A stretch of DNA of 64,000 nt, taken from positions 4,256 to 68,255 of the forward strand of contig JAZSQL010000014.1 of assembly GCA_045537965.1 (NCBI GenBank), written 5' to 3'. This document shows positions 10,146-17,871 of this stretch, piece by piece. A model generated the notes under the pieces. That model was not told the origin of the DNA. It was given only the letters and a program-made list of their open reading frames with translations, and did no database searches. The DNA comes from Alphaproteobacteria bacterium. Its GTDB lineage: Bacteria > Pseudomonadota > Alphaproteobacteria > RF32 > CAG-239. Both the position numbers and the translations under genes were made by a program. Numbering within the stretch: position 1 is the stretch's first letter; each line of letters opens with the position of its first letter.

Positions 10146-11321
10146 ATGACTGATTCTTTGTTTATTGAAATAGGTTCGCATCAAGAACATAAGCATAGCG
10201 AAAGTTGTTTTGGTGATGCTATTGTTTCTAAAAAGTTGCCAGAAGAACAAAGAATAATATCAGTTTTGTCTGATGGTTTAGGTAGTGGTGTAAAAGCTAA
10301 TATTTTGTCATCTATGACAACAAGAATGGCTATGAAATTTATTGAAAGTGATCTAGACTTAGTTCGTTCTGCAGAAGTTATGATGCAAGCATTGCCAGTG
10401 TGTCAGGTTAGAAAGATTAGCTATGCAACTTTTTCCATTGTAGATGCGATGTTAGAAGGAAAAACTCGTGTTTATGAAATGGACAATCCTGCGTGTTTTA
10501 TAATGCGTAATTTTGAGCAGATGACTCTACCTCATCATGAAATTACAGCAGATAATTGGAAAGACAGAATTATCAATGTTTATCAGTTTTTAGCGAAAGA
10601 AGAAGATAGAATCATTATAATGTCTGATGGGGTAACACAGGCTGGTTTGGGTAATCCAAAATATCCTTTAGGGTGGCAAAGAGAAGGTGTTTGGAAATTT
10701 ATTGAAAATCAAGTTCGGCGTCATCCTCATATTTCTGCTAGCGCATTAGCGGAGGCAATTGTTCATGAGGCTTTGTCTAAAGAACCAGAGGGTAAAGCTG
10801 GTGATGATATTAGTTGTACGGTAATATATTTTAGAAAACCTAGGAAACTTTTGCTGCTTAGTGGACCGCCATTTGATGAGGAAAAAGATAAAGAAATTGC
10901 TGAAATGATAGATTATTATGATGGTAAAACGGCAATTTGTGGTGGAACAACGGCAAATATCATTGAAAGAGAATTGTGTCTTAAATGTGAGATGGATAAA
11001 ACAACTTTTGATCCTAACATTCCGATGGCATCAATAATGCCTGGGATTGATTTGGTTACGGAAGGTATTCTTACATTAACAGATGTTTATCGTATGTTAA
11101 AAGAAGGTGTTGACGAAGATAAAGATAATGCAGCTGTAAGATTAGCAAATTTGTTGCTTGATTCTGATAAGATAGATTTTGTTATTGGAACAAAAATTAA
11201 TGAAGCACATCAGGATCCTAATTTACCAATGGAGCTTGACATTCGTAGAAATATTGTTAAAAAGATTTTTAGATTATTACAAAGCAAATTCTTAAAAGAG
11301 ATAAGCGTAAAATATGTTTAA
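10146..11321 (+). CDS. PP2C / SpoIIE-family serine phosphatase (HfsC-like)
   Basis: SVLSDGLGSGVKANILS and IIIMSDGVTQAG metal-binding Asp motifs, plus GDDISCTVIYF. Its start codon abuts the HydS-like stop (TAAATG). The C-terminal ~150 aa is an extra domain of unknown role. Confidence 0.8.
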   Translation: MTDSLFIEIGSHQEHKHSESCFGDAIVSKKLPEEQRIISVLSDGLGSGVKANILSSMTTRMAMKFIESDLDLVRSAEVMMQALPVCQVRKISYATFSIVDAMLEGKTRVYEMDNPACFIMRNFEQMTLPHHEITADNWKDRIINVYQFLAKEEDRIIIMSDGVTQAGLGNPKYPLGWQREGVWKFIENQVRRHPHISASALAEAIVHEALSKEPEGKAGDDISCTVIYFRKPRKLLLLSGPPFDEEKDKEIAEMIDYYDGKTAICGGTTANIIERELCLKCEMDKTTFDPNIPMASIMPGIDLVTEGILTLTDVYRMLKEGVDEDKDNAAVRLANLLLDSDKIDFVIGTKINEAHQDPNLPMELDIRRNIVKKIFRLLQSKFLKEISVKYV

Positions 11322-11341
11322 TTTTAAAAGGACAAAAACAA

Positions 11342-11617
11342 ATGGAAAAGATAAAAGTTAAACTTTGTGCAGGTACCGCTTGTTTTGTTATGGGGGCACC
11401 TCAAGTTCAAGCTTTGGAGTTTTCTGCTCCAGAGGATATAGCTGACAAAATAGAGATTACAGAGGTTAGATGCATGAATCACTGTAATCAGGGACGTAAT
11501 TATAATAAAGGTCCATTTGTGGAAGTAAATGGTGAGTTGATTGAAGAAGCTACTTTTGAAAAAGTTGTGGCCAAAATTAGAGAGTTGATTGCTAAAGAGG
11601 AAAATGAACAGTGCTAA
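11342..11617 (+). CDS. Thioredoxin-like [2Fe-2S] ferredoxin, paralogue of 8139-8381
   Basis: CAGTAC ... CMNHC (Cx4C ... Cx3C) and GPFVEVNGE, as in the first copy (GPNLTIDGK). Overlaps the next gene by 7 nt. Confidence 0.7.
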   Translation: MEKIKVKLCAGTACFVMGAPQVQALEFSAPEDIADKIEITEVRCMNHCNQGRNYNKGPFVEVNGELIEEATFEKVVAKIRELIAKEENEQC

Positions 11618-13062
11618 TACCTAAGAATTATGCTAACCAAATGCGTACTAGAATTTTGGTTAAGGTTGTTGAAAGTTTTTATAAGGATAGATTTGAAACT
11701 GCGGATGAAATTCCAATAGATTTGCGTCCCAAGGATTATGATTCTAGTCGTTGTTGTATTTATAAAGATAGAGCTATTTTGAAATATCGTTTAATGGCTG
11801 CTATGGGAATTGCACCACATGAAGAAGTTAGCGAAGTTACAACTTTGCGTGAATATGGAAAAGAAGCTTTAAAACGTCAAAATCATGCTAAAAGTTGTTT
11901 ATCGGTAATTGATATTGCTTGTTCTGCTTGTGTTAAATCACAATATATGGTTACAGATGCTTGTCGAGGCTGTTTTGCTCGTCCATGTGTTATGAATTGT
12001 CCTAAACAGGCGATTTCATTTGTTAATGGAAAATCACATATTGATCCAGATTTGTGTGTGTCATGTGGAAAATGTATGGAGGTTTGTCCCTATCATGCTA
12101 TTGTTAAATTACCAGTTCCTTGTGAAGAGGCTTGTCCTGTAGGAGCTATTAAAAAAGATGAGCATGGTGTGGAACATATTGATGAAGAAACTTGTATTTC
12201 TTGCGGGAAATGTTTGCAGTCATGTCCTTTTGGGGCGATTGTGGAACGTTCGCAATTGGTTGATGTTTTGAATCTTATTCATAATAGCGATAAAAAGGTT
12301 GTAGCAATGTTGGCTCCAGCAATTGTTGGACAATTTCCTTTCGAACTCAACCAAGTTGTTGGCGCTTTGAAAAAAGCAGGTTTTGCTGATGTTGTTGAGG
12401 TTGCAGCTGGAGCAGATATTACATCAACAAATGAGTCGGCAGAATTTATTGAAAGAATGGAAGAGGGGGCTAATTTTATGACAACTTCTTGTTGTCCTGC
12501 ATATTTTAGAGCAGCCCAAGTTCATATTCCAGAACTTAAGCCTTTTGTTTCTCATACTAAAACACCAATGTATTATACAGCTGAAATGCTCAAAAAAGAG
12601 CAACCTGATTGTATTTCAGTGTTTGTTGGTCCTTGTTTGGCTAAGCGTACAGAAGCTGAATATGATCCTAATGTTGATTATGTTTTAACATTTGAAGAAA
12701 TAGGTGCGATGTTTGTTGGTGCAGGAATCGAAATAGGTGATTGTGAACCAATGGAATTTGCTAAAGTTTCTTCGGCTCAAGCTCGTAAATACCCATTATC
12801 TGGTGGTGTTGCAGCTGCGGTAGGTAATTTGGTTGAAGGTAAGGTTGATTTTAGACCAGAAAGAATCGATGGTTTGAGTAAAGAAAATATCAAATTACTG
12901 AAGCGTTATGCAACCAAAGGTTGTGAAAACAATATGATTGAAGTTATGTGTTGTGAGGGTGGTTGTATTGCTGGTCCTGGATGCATATCTTTAGCTAAAA
13001 AAGCAGCACGTCAGGTCGAGACTTATGTTGATAAAGGTCAAAACCAAAAAGATATGAAATAA
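11611..13062 (+). CDS. [FeFe]-hydrogenase, multi-ferredoxin-domain monomeric type (group-B-like)
   Basis: Several 4Fe-4S motifs (CSACV...CRGCFARPCVMNCP, CVSCGKCMEVCP, CEEACP, CISCGKCLQSCP). H-cluster motifs are TTSCCPAY (both Cys retained), VGPCLAKRTE and EVMCCEGGCIAGPGC. Start is GTG at 11611 or the ATG at codon 11. Confidence 0.8.
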   Translation: MLIPKNYANQMRTRILVKVVESFYKDRFETADEIPIDLRPKDYDSSRCCIYKDRAILKYRLMAAMGIAPHEEVSEVTTLREYGKEALKRQNHAKSCLSVIDIACSACVKSQYMVTDACRGCFARPCVMNCPKQAISFVNGKSHIDPDLCVSCGKCMEVCPYHAIVKLPVPCEEACPVGAIKKDEHGVEHIDEETCISCGKCLQSCPFGAIVERSQLVDVLNLIHNSDKKVVAMLAPAIVGQFPFELNQVVGALKKAGFADVVEVAAGADITSTNESAEFIERMEEGANFMTTSCCPAYFRAAQVHIPELKPFVSHTKTPMYYTAEMLKKEQPDCISVFVGPCLAKRTEAEYDPNVDYVLTFEEIGAMFVGAGIEIGDCEPMEFAKVSSAQARKYPLSGGVAAAVGNLVEGKVDFRPERIDGLSKENIKLLKRYATKGCENNMIEVMCCEGGCIAGPGCISLAKKAARQVETYVDKGQNQKDMK

Positions 13063-13080
13063 ATTTGTTTTATAAATAAT

Positions 13081-13117
13081 AAAGCCTCTCTGAAAAAAAG
13101 AGAGGCTTTATTATTTT
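13081..13117. terminator. Bidirectional intrinsic terminator between the hydrogenase gene and proS
   Basis: Perfect 11-bp stem AAAGCCTCTCT / AGAGAGGCTTT with a 7-nt loop. T-rich tail on the + strand, A-rich leader giving a U-tail on the - strand. Confidence 0.8.
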
Positions 13118-13122
13118 GCTAA

Positions 13123-14640
13123 CTAATAGCTTCTAGCGTAGATAACATCTAAAGTTGCTGGTTTGCCTGTAAGCAAGCATTCTCCTGTTGTACCTGATTG
13201 ATCAAATGGAATACAACGAATGGTGATTTTCATTGATTTCAATATTTCTTCGGTTGTTTCATCGCCACACCATTTACCACGAACAAAAGCAACTTTGCCT
13301 TGTTTGCCATCTTCAATCCATTCGTTAGAATTGGCAAAATATTCAGCAAAAGATTCTTTGGTTGTAATATCGTTTCTAATGTTAGCATCCATACGGTCTT
13401 TTGCCCTTTGGAACATTGTTGCTTGAATATCTTCGAGATATTTAGCAGCATTATTTACAAATTCATCGCGAGCAATTATTTTTTTGCCTTCAGGAGTATT
13501 GATATAGATACGAGTTTTAACCATCAAATTGTTACCATCTGCATCACGCTTACCAACTTCTAGAATTATAGGAGCTCCTTTACGTGTCCATTCCCAGAAT
13601 TTGTCAACAGATGCTTTGTCTCGTTTATCCAATTTAACACGTATTTTTTCGCCAAACGGCATTTGTTTTTGTAAATCAGATTGCAAAGATTTGATGTATT
13701 GCATTACTGCATCAGTATCTGCAACATTTTTAATAACAGGTACAATCACAATTTGATATGGAGCTATCTTTGGAGGGGTAACCATTCCTTCGTCATCGGC
13801 ATGAGTCATAATAACGCCACCAATTAGACGAGTTGAAACACCCCAAGATGTAGTATAAGCATATTCTTGTTGGTTGTTTTTGTTTACAAACGAAATATTT
13901 GCAGATTTAGCAAAGTTTTGACCTAAGAAATGAGATGTACCTGCTTGCAATGCTTTGCCATCTTGCATCATTGCTTCAATACAATAGGTGTCAACGGCTC
14001 CTGGAAATTTATCATATTCTGGTTTGCGTCCAATGATTACAGGCATAGCTAAAGTTTCTTCGCTTAGTTCGCGATATGCTTCAAGCATTAATTTAGTTTC
14101 TTCTTCGGCTTCTTGATATGTCGAGTGAGCTGTATGTCCTTCTTGCCACAAAAATTCACGAGTGCGCAAGAAAAGACGAGGGCGCATTTCCCAACGGACA
14201 ACGTTTGCCCATTGGTTAATCAAAACAGGTAGGTCACGATATGATTTTACCCATTTAGAAAAAGAATCGGCAATAATTGTTTCAGAAGTTGGACGAACAA
14301 TCAAAGGTTCATCAAGTTCAGAAGAAGGTTTTAATTTGCCATTTTCTGATGCCAAGCGAGAATGGGTAACAACGGCCATTTCTTTGGCAAAACCATCAAC
14401 GTGTTCAGCCTCTTTTTGAAAAAATGAAAGCGGAATAAACATTGGAAAATAGCAGTTTTCATGGTCGGTTGATTTTATTTTTTCATCAAATACATCGCGT
14501 ATGCGTTCCCAAATTCCATATCCCCAAGGTTTTATAACCATACAACCTGGAGATGAAGAGTTTTCAGCCATATCTGATTCTGCTACAACGCATTGATACC
14601 ACTCTGGGTAATTATCTTTTCTAAGTTTTTTGATAGTCAT
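13123..14640 (-). CDS. proS: Prolyl-tRNA synthetase, archaeal/eukaryote-like type
   Basis: N-terminus YPEWYQCVVAESDMAE...GCMVIKPWGYGIWERI, class II core, no long INS insertion. C-terminal domain ends ...LDVIYARSY. The start is moved to the ATG at 14640 (MTIKKL), which has an AGGA RBS; the track start at 14697 has none. Confidence 0.9.
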   Translation of the reverse strand: MTIKKLRKDNYPEWYQCVVAESDMAENSSSPGCMVIKPWGYGIWERIRDVFDEKIKSTDHENCYFPMFIPLSFFQKEAEHVDGFAKEMAVVTHSRLASENGKLKPSSELDEPLIVRPTSETIIADSFSKWVKSYRDLPVLINQWANVVRWEMRPRLFLRTREFLWQEGHTAHSTYQEAEEETKLMLEAYRELSEETLAMPVIIGRKPEYDKFPGAVDTYCIEAMMQDGKALQAGTSHFLGQNFAKSANISFVNKNNQQEYAYTTSWGVSTRLIGGVIMTHADDEGMVTPPKIAPYQIVIVPVIKNVADTDAVMQYIKSLQSDLQKQMPFGEKIRVKLDKRDKASVDKFWEWTRKGAPIILEVGKRDADGNNLMVKTRIYINTPEGKKIIARDEFVNNAAKYLEDIQATMFQRAKDRMDANIRNDITTKESFAEYFANSNEWIEDGKQGKVAFVRGKWCGDETTEEILKSMKITIRCIPFDQSGTTGECLLTGKPATLDVIYARSY

Positions 14641-14749
14641 TTGTTTATTCCTTTTCATAACGTAATGAAATGCCCACACCCCCATTGGTGCAGGCATGCA
14701 GATAGAAATATAGCATATATTTTAATTTTGTGAAGTTTTTTCTTTAAGA

Positions 14750-15013
14750 TTAATCATTATGGTCTTTTTTATGTTTTTTATGCATTTTTTTACATTTTTT
14801 ACAACAATGTTTTATTTTTTTACAATCACACTCGTGTTTGTCAATTTTTTCTTTAATATCGTTTTTGGTTTCTTTAAAATCTTTAGAAATATCAGCTTCA
14901 ATTTTAGCAGGAATATCGTGAGATGTTGTGTTTTTGCGTTGAGCGTTGGCTGCACCAGATATGATCATTAATGCTGTTGGTAATAAAAATAGAAAAGCTA
15001 AATATTTTCGCAT
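14750..15013 (-). CDS. Small secreted Lys/His/Cys-rich protein
   Basis: Signal peptide MRKYLAFLFLLPTALMIISGAANA. Charged mature part ends HECDCKKIKHCCKKCKKMHKKHKKDHND. The ATG at 15013 is preceded by AAAGGAAAG. Confidence 0.55.
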   Translation of the reverse strand: MRKYLAFLFLLPTALMIISGAANAQRKNTTSHDIPAKIEADISKDFKETKNDIKEKIDKHECDCKKIKHCCKKCKKMHKKHKKDHND

Positions 15014-15203
15014 AATCTTTCCTTTCTTTTGGTATGATATCATAGAATAAATATTACTAAATTGTGAATTTCCAAGTATAGTACGCAAAATATTCTTGCT
15101 AATATAAAAAGAGTGTATTAGACTACAGAATGCGATGGGCTACTGTCGCAAGAACCAAAAGGGTTCGGTGATTAACCTGTTTTTAAGTGAAGGATATTTC
15201 GAG

Positions 15204-15437
15204 ATGGCAACAGGAACAGTTAAATGGTTTAATAAGAAAAAAGGTTATGGTTTTATTACTCCTGATGAGGGCGGAAATGATGTGTTTGTGCACATTACTG
15301 CTGTTAAAGAAGCTGGTATGTATACTTTAAGGGAAAATGCAAAAGTCAGCTATGAACTCAAAACAGAAAGAGAAAAAACTGTTGCCGGTAGTTTGAAATT
15401 GGTTGAAGAAGCTGTAGCAGAGACTGTTGAAGCTTAA
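15204..15437 (+). CDS. cspA: Cold-shock domain protein
   Basis: [33 protein letters not shown] (RNP1/RNP2 motifs). A long 5' leader contains the hairpin GAACCAAAAGGGTTC. Confidence 0.9.
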   Translation: MATGTVKWFNKKKGYGFITPDEGGNDVFVHITAVKEAGMYTLRENAKVSYELKTEREKTVAGSLKLVEEAVAETVEA

Positions 15438-15468
15438 TTTGGTTTTGAACTCGTTCTCGTAAAACATT

Positions 15469-15501
15469 AAAAGCCTCGTTTAATCAAGACGAGGCTTTTT
15501 T
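15469..15501. terminator. Bidirectional terminator between csp and rubrerythrin
   Basis: AAAGCCTCGT / ACGAGGCTTT stem, 9-nt loop, then TTTTTT (15496-15501). A-run on the other side. Confidence 0.8.
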
Positions 15502-15516
15502 AACTGAACAAATTAA

Positions 15517-16056
15517 TTAAAATTGTTCTTGCAATTCAAAGAAATATGCTTGTGGATGATCACAAACAGGGCATTTTGCAGGAGCGTTAGCTGCTTCGAT
15601 ACGACAACCACAGTTTGCACATTCCCAAACAACTTTGGTTGGACGAGTAAACACAGTACCTTCTGTGATAGCTTTTAATAGTGCTTGATAGCGTTCTTCG
15701 TGACCTTTTTCAATTTTGGCAACCATATCGAATAATGCAGCAATTTTAGTGAAGCCTTCTTCTTTGGCTTCTTTGGCCATACGAGCATACATGTCTGTCC
15801 ATTCATAATTTTCACCAGCAGCTGCATCTTTTAAGTTTTCCATTGTTGATGGAACTTCGCCACCATGAAGAAGTTTAAACCAAATTTTGGCATGTTCTTT
15901 TTCGTTGTTAGCGGTTTCTTCAAACTTAGATGCGATAATATTATAACCTTCTTTTTTTGCTTTAGAAGCATAATAGGTATATTTGTTGCGGGCCATAGAT
16001 TCGCCAGCAAAGGCATCCATGAGATTTTTTTCAGTTTTTGAACCTTTTAGTTCCAT
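15517..16056 (-). CDS. rbr: Rubrerythrin
   Basis: N-terminal ferritin-like di-iron domain ([35 protein letters not shown]). C-terminal rubredoxin-like CANCG...CPVCDHP. Confidence 0.9.
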   Translation of the reverse strand: MELKGSKTEKNLMDAFAGESMARNKYTYYASKAKKEGYNIIASKFEETANNEKEHAKIWFKLLHGGEVPSTMENLKDAAAGENYEWTDMYARMAKEAKEEGFTKIAALFDMVAKIEKGHEERYQALLKAITEGTVFTRPTKVVWECANCGCRIEAANAPAKCPVCDHPQAYFFELQEQF

Positions 16057-16194
16057 TTTTTTACTCCTAATTAAGTTATTATCTAAGGTAATTTTTATTT
16101 GTTATTTTACTATTGTCAATCAAAAATGTTGAAATTTACTAATTGATATGTTAGGCTTTGGCATCTTTCGGCTATAAATGAGGAGAATAAGATT

Positions 16195-17043
16195 ATGGAT
16201 CAAAAAGTTATTAAAATTGGTAATTTTGAAATCGGTAATAGATTACCTTTTTCATTACTTTGTGGACCTTGTCAAATTGAAAGTAAACAGCATGCTATTG
16301 ATATTTGTGGTGCGATGTCTGAAATTACAAAAGATTTGGGAATTAATTATGTGTTTAAAGCTTCGTTTGATAAAGCGAATCGTTCCTCAATTACAGGAGC
16401 TAGAGGTGTCGGTTTTGAAAAAGGAATGGAAACTTTTGATGAAATTAAAAAATTATATAATAACATTCCTATTGTTACGGATGTGCATGAAGCAGGGCAG
16501 TGTACAGAAGTTGCTAAGCATGTAGATGTTTTGCAAATTCCTGCTTTCTTATGTCGTCAAACAGATTTGGTGGTAGCTGCTGCTAAAACAGGAAAAGTGG
16601 TTAATATCAAAAAAGGACAATTTTTAGCCCCTGAAGATATGAAAAATGCTGTTCAAAAATGTGTTGATGCAGGAAATAATAATGTTTGTTTAACAGAACG
16701 AGGAACATCGTTTGGTTATCATACTTTGGTTGTTGATATGACTGGTTTTCCTACAATGGTTAAGACGACAGGTTGTCCAGTTATTTTTGATGCAACACAT
16801 TCTGTACAAAAACCTGGAGGGCTTGGAACTGCGACTGGTGGTAATCGTGAAATGGCGCCTGTTTTAGCTCGTGCGGCAATCGCTGCTGGGGTTGGTGGTT
16901 TGTTTATTGAAACACACGAAAATCCTGACAAAGCTTTATCTGATGGTCCGAACACCATAGCTTTGAAAGATATGAAGTCTATGTTGGCTTATCTTAAAGA
17001 ATATGATGCAATTACAAAATCTAAAATTGCTGATTTTTATTAA
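16195..17043 (+). CDS. kdsA: 3-deoxy-8-phosphooctulonate (KDO-8-P) synthase
   Basis: 282 aa. LLCGPCQIES, FKASFDKANRSS, LQIPAFLCRQTDL and FDATHSVQ match the KdsA family pattern. Confidence 0.9.
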   Translation: MDQKVIKIGNFEIGNRLPFSLLCGPCQIESKQHAIDICGAMSEITKDLGINYVFKASFDKANRSSITGARGVGFEKGMETFDEIKKLYNNIPIVTDVHEAGQCTEVAKHVDVLQIPAFLCRQTDLVVAAAKTGKVVNIKKGQFLAPEDMKNAVQKCVDAGNNNVCLTERGTSFGYHTLVVDMTGFPTMVKTTGCPVIFDATHSVQKPGGLGTATGGNREMAPVLARAAIAAGVGGLFIETHENPDKALSDGPNTIALKDMKSMLAYLKEYDAITKSKIADFY

Positions 17044-17062
17044 TCTTGTAGTTGTATAATTG

Positions 17063-17099
17063 AAAAAAGCTCTAGATTGTGTTTATCTAGAGCTTTTTT
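17063..17099 (+). terminator. Terminator after kdsA
   Basis: GCTCTAGAT / ATCTAGAGC perfect 9-bp stem, 7-nt loop, TTTTTT tail. Confidence 0.8.
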
Positions 17100-17136
17100 A
17101 TTGACCTTAGTGGCTTGAAATTATAGGCTTATTCTC

Positions 17137-17871
17137 ATGAAGTTTACTGATGAAGGATATATAATAAACTGCCGAAAACATGGCGAAAAATCTTTGATAT
17201 TGACTGTGTTGTGTAAAGAATACGGTAAGGTTTGTGGTTATGTTAAATCTGGAATAAATAAAAAAACTTTGGCTAATTTTCAACTTGGTAATTTAGTCAA
17301 AATTGATGCTTGGTCTAGAGTTGATGATAACATGCTTTTGTTAAAAGTTGAACTTGTAGCGCCTTATGCAGTTAATTTTTTAAATTCAGCAGATAAATTA
17401 ATAGCCCTTTCATCTTTCTGTGCTCTTAGTAATTTATGTTTACCAGAGTTACAATCTTTGGATAGATTTTATTATTTGGTTGAGAGCTTTATTAATCTTA
17501 TAAATGAAGATAATTGGCTAACACATTATTCTTTATATGAATTTTTCTTGTTGGATTTTTTGGGTGTGGGTATTGATTTGAGTGAATGTTCAGCCACAGG
17601 AACAAATGAAAATTTGGAATATGTGTCACCAAAAACAGCAAAGGCTGTATGCAAAGATGCTGGTTTTCCTTATAGAGATAGATTGTTTAAGTTTCCTCAT
17701 TTTGTAGTTAATCATAACTTTGATGCTTCAATGGATGAAGTGTTGGATTTATTGGTAATGACAGGATTTTTCCTCAATAAAAACTTTTTTGCAATTCACA
17801 ACTTGAAATTTCCAGATTGTCGTGCTAATTTGGCAGAAATTGTAGAAAAATATAGGAATAGCAATGCCTGA
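17137..17871 (+). CDS. recO: DNA repair protein RecO
   Basis: N-terminal OB-fold pattern [35 protein letters not shown] and a RecO-sized product (244 aa). Overlaps parC by 8 nt. Confidence 0.7.
   Translation: MKFTDEGYIINCRKHGEKSLILTVLCKEYGKVCGYVKSGINKKTLANFQLGNLVKIDAWSRVDDNMLLLKVELVAPYAVNFLNSADKLIALSSFCALSNLCLPELQSLDRFYYLVESFINLINEDNWLTHYSLYEFFLLDFLGVGIDLSECSATGTNENLEYVSPKTAKAVCKDAGFPYRDRLFKFPHFVVNHNFDASMDEVLDLLVMTGFFLNKNFFAIHNLKFPDCRANLAEIVEKYRNSNA

Noticed and set aside
13220-14419. Several 68-87-aa plus-strand ORFs and a 70-aa alternative frame inside proS. There are similar nested ORFs in the histidine kinase gene, adhE, hydS, kdsA (16178-16525), rnfB/rnfC, the TPR-methyltransferase gene and rpsD (35434-35933).
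   Set aside because: All lie within or antisense to strongly supported genes, lack RBS motifs and have skewed composition. I treat them as spurious.
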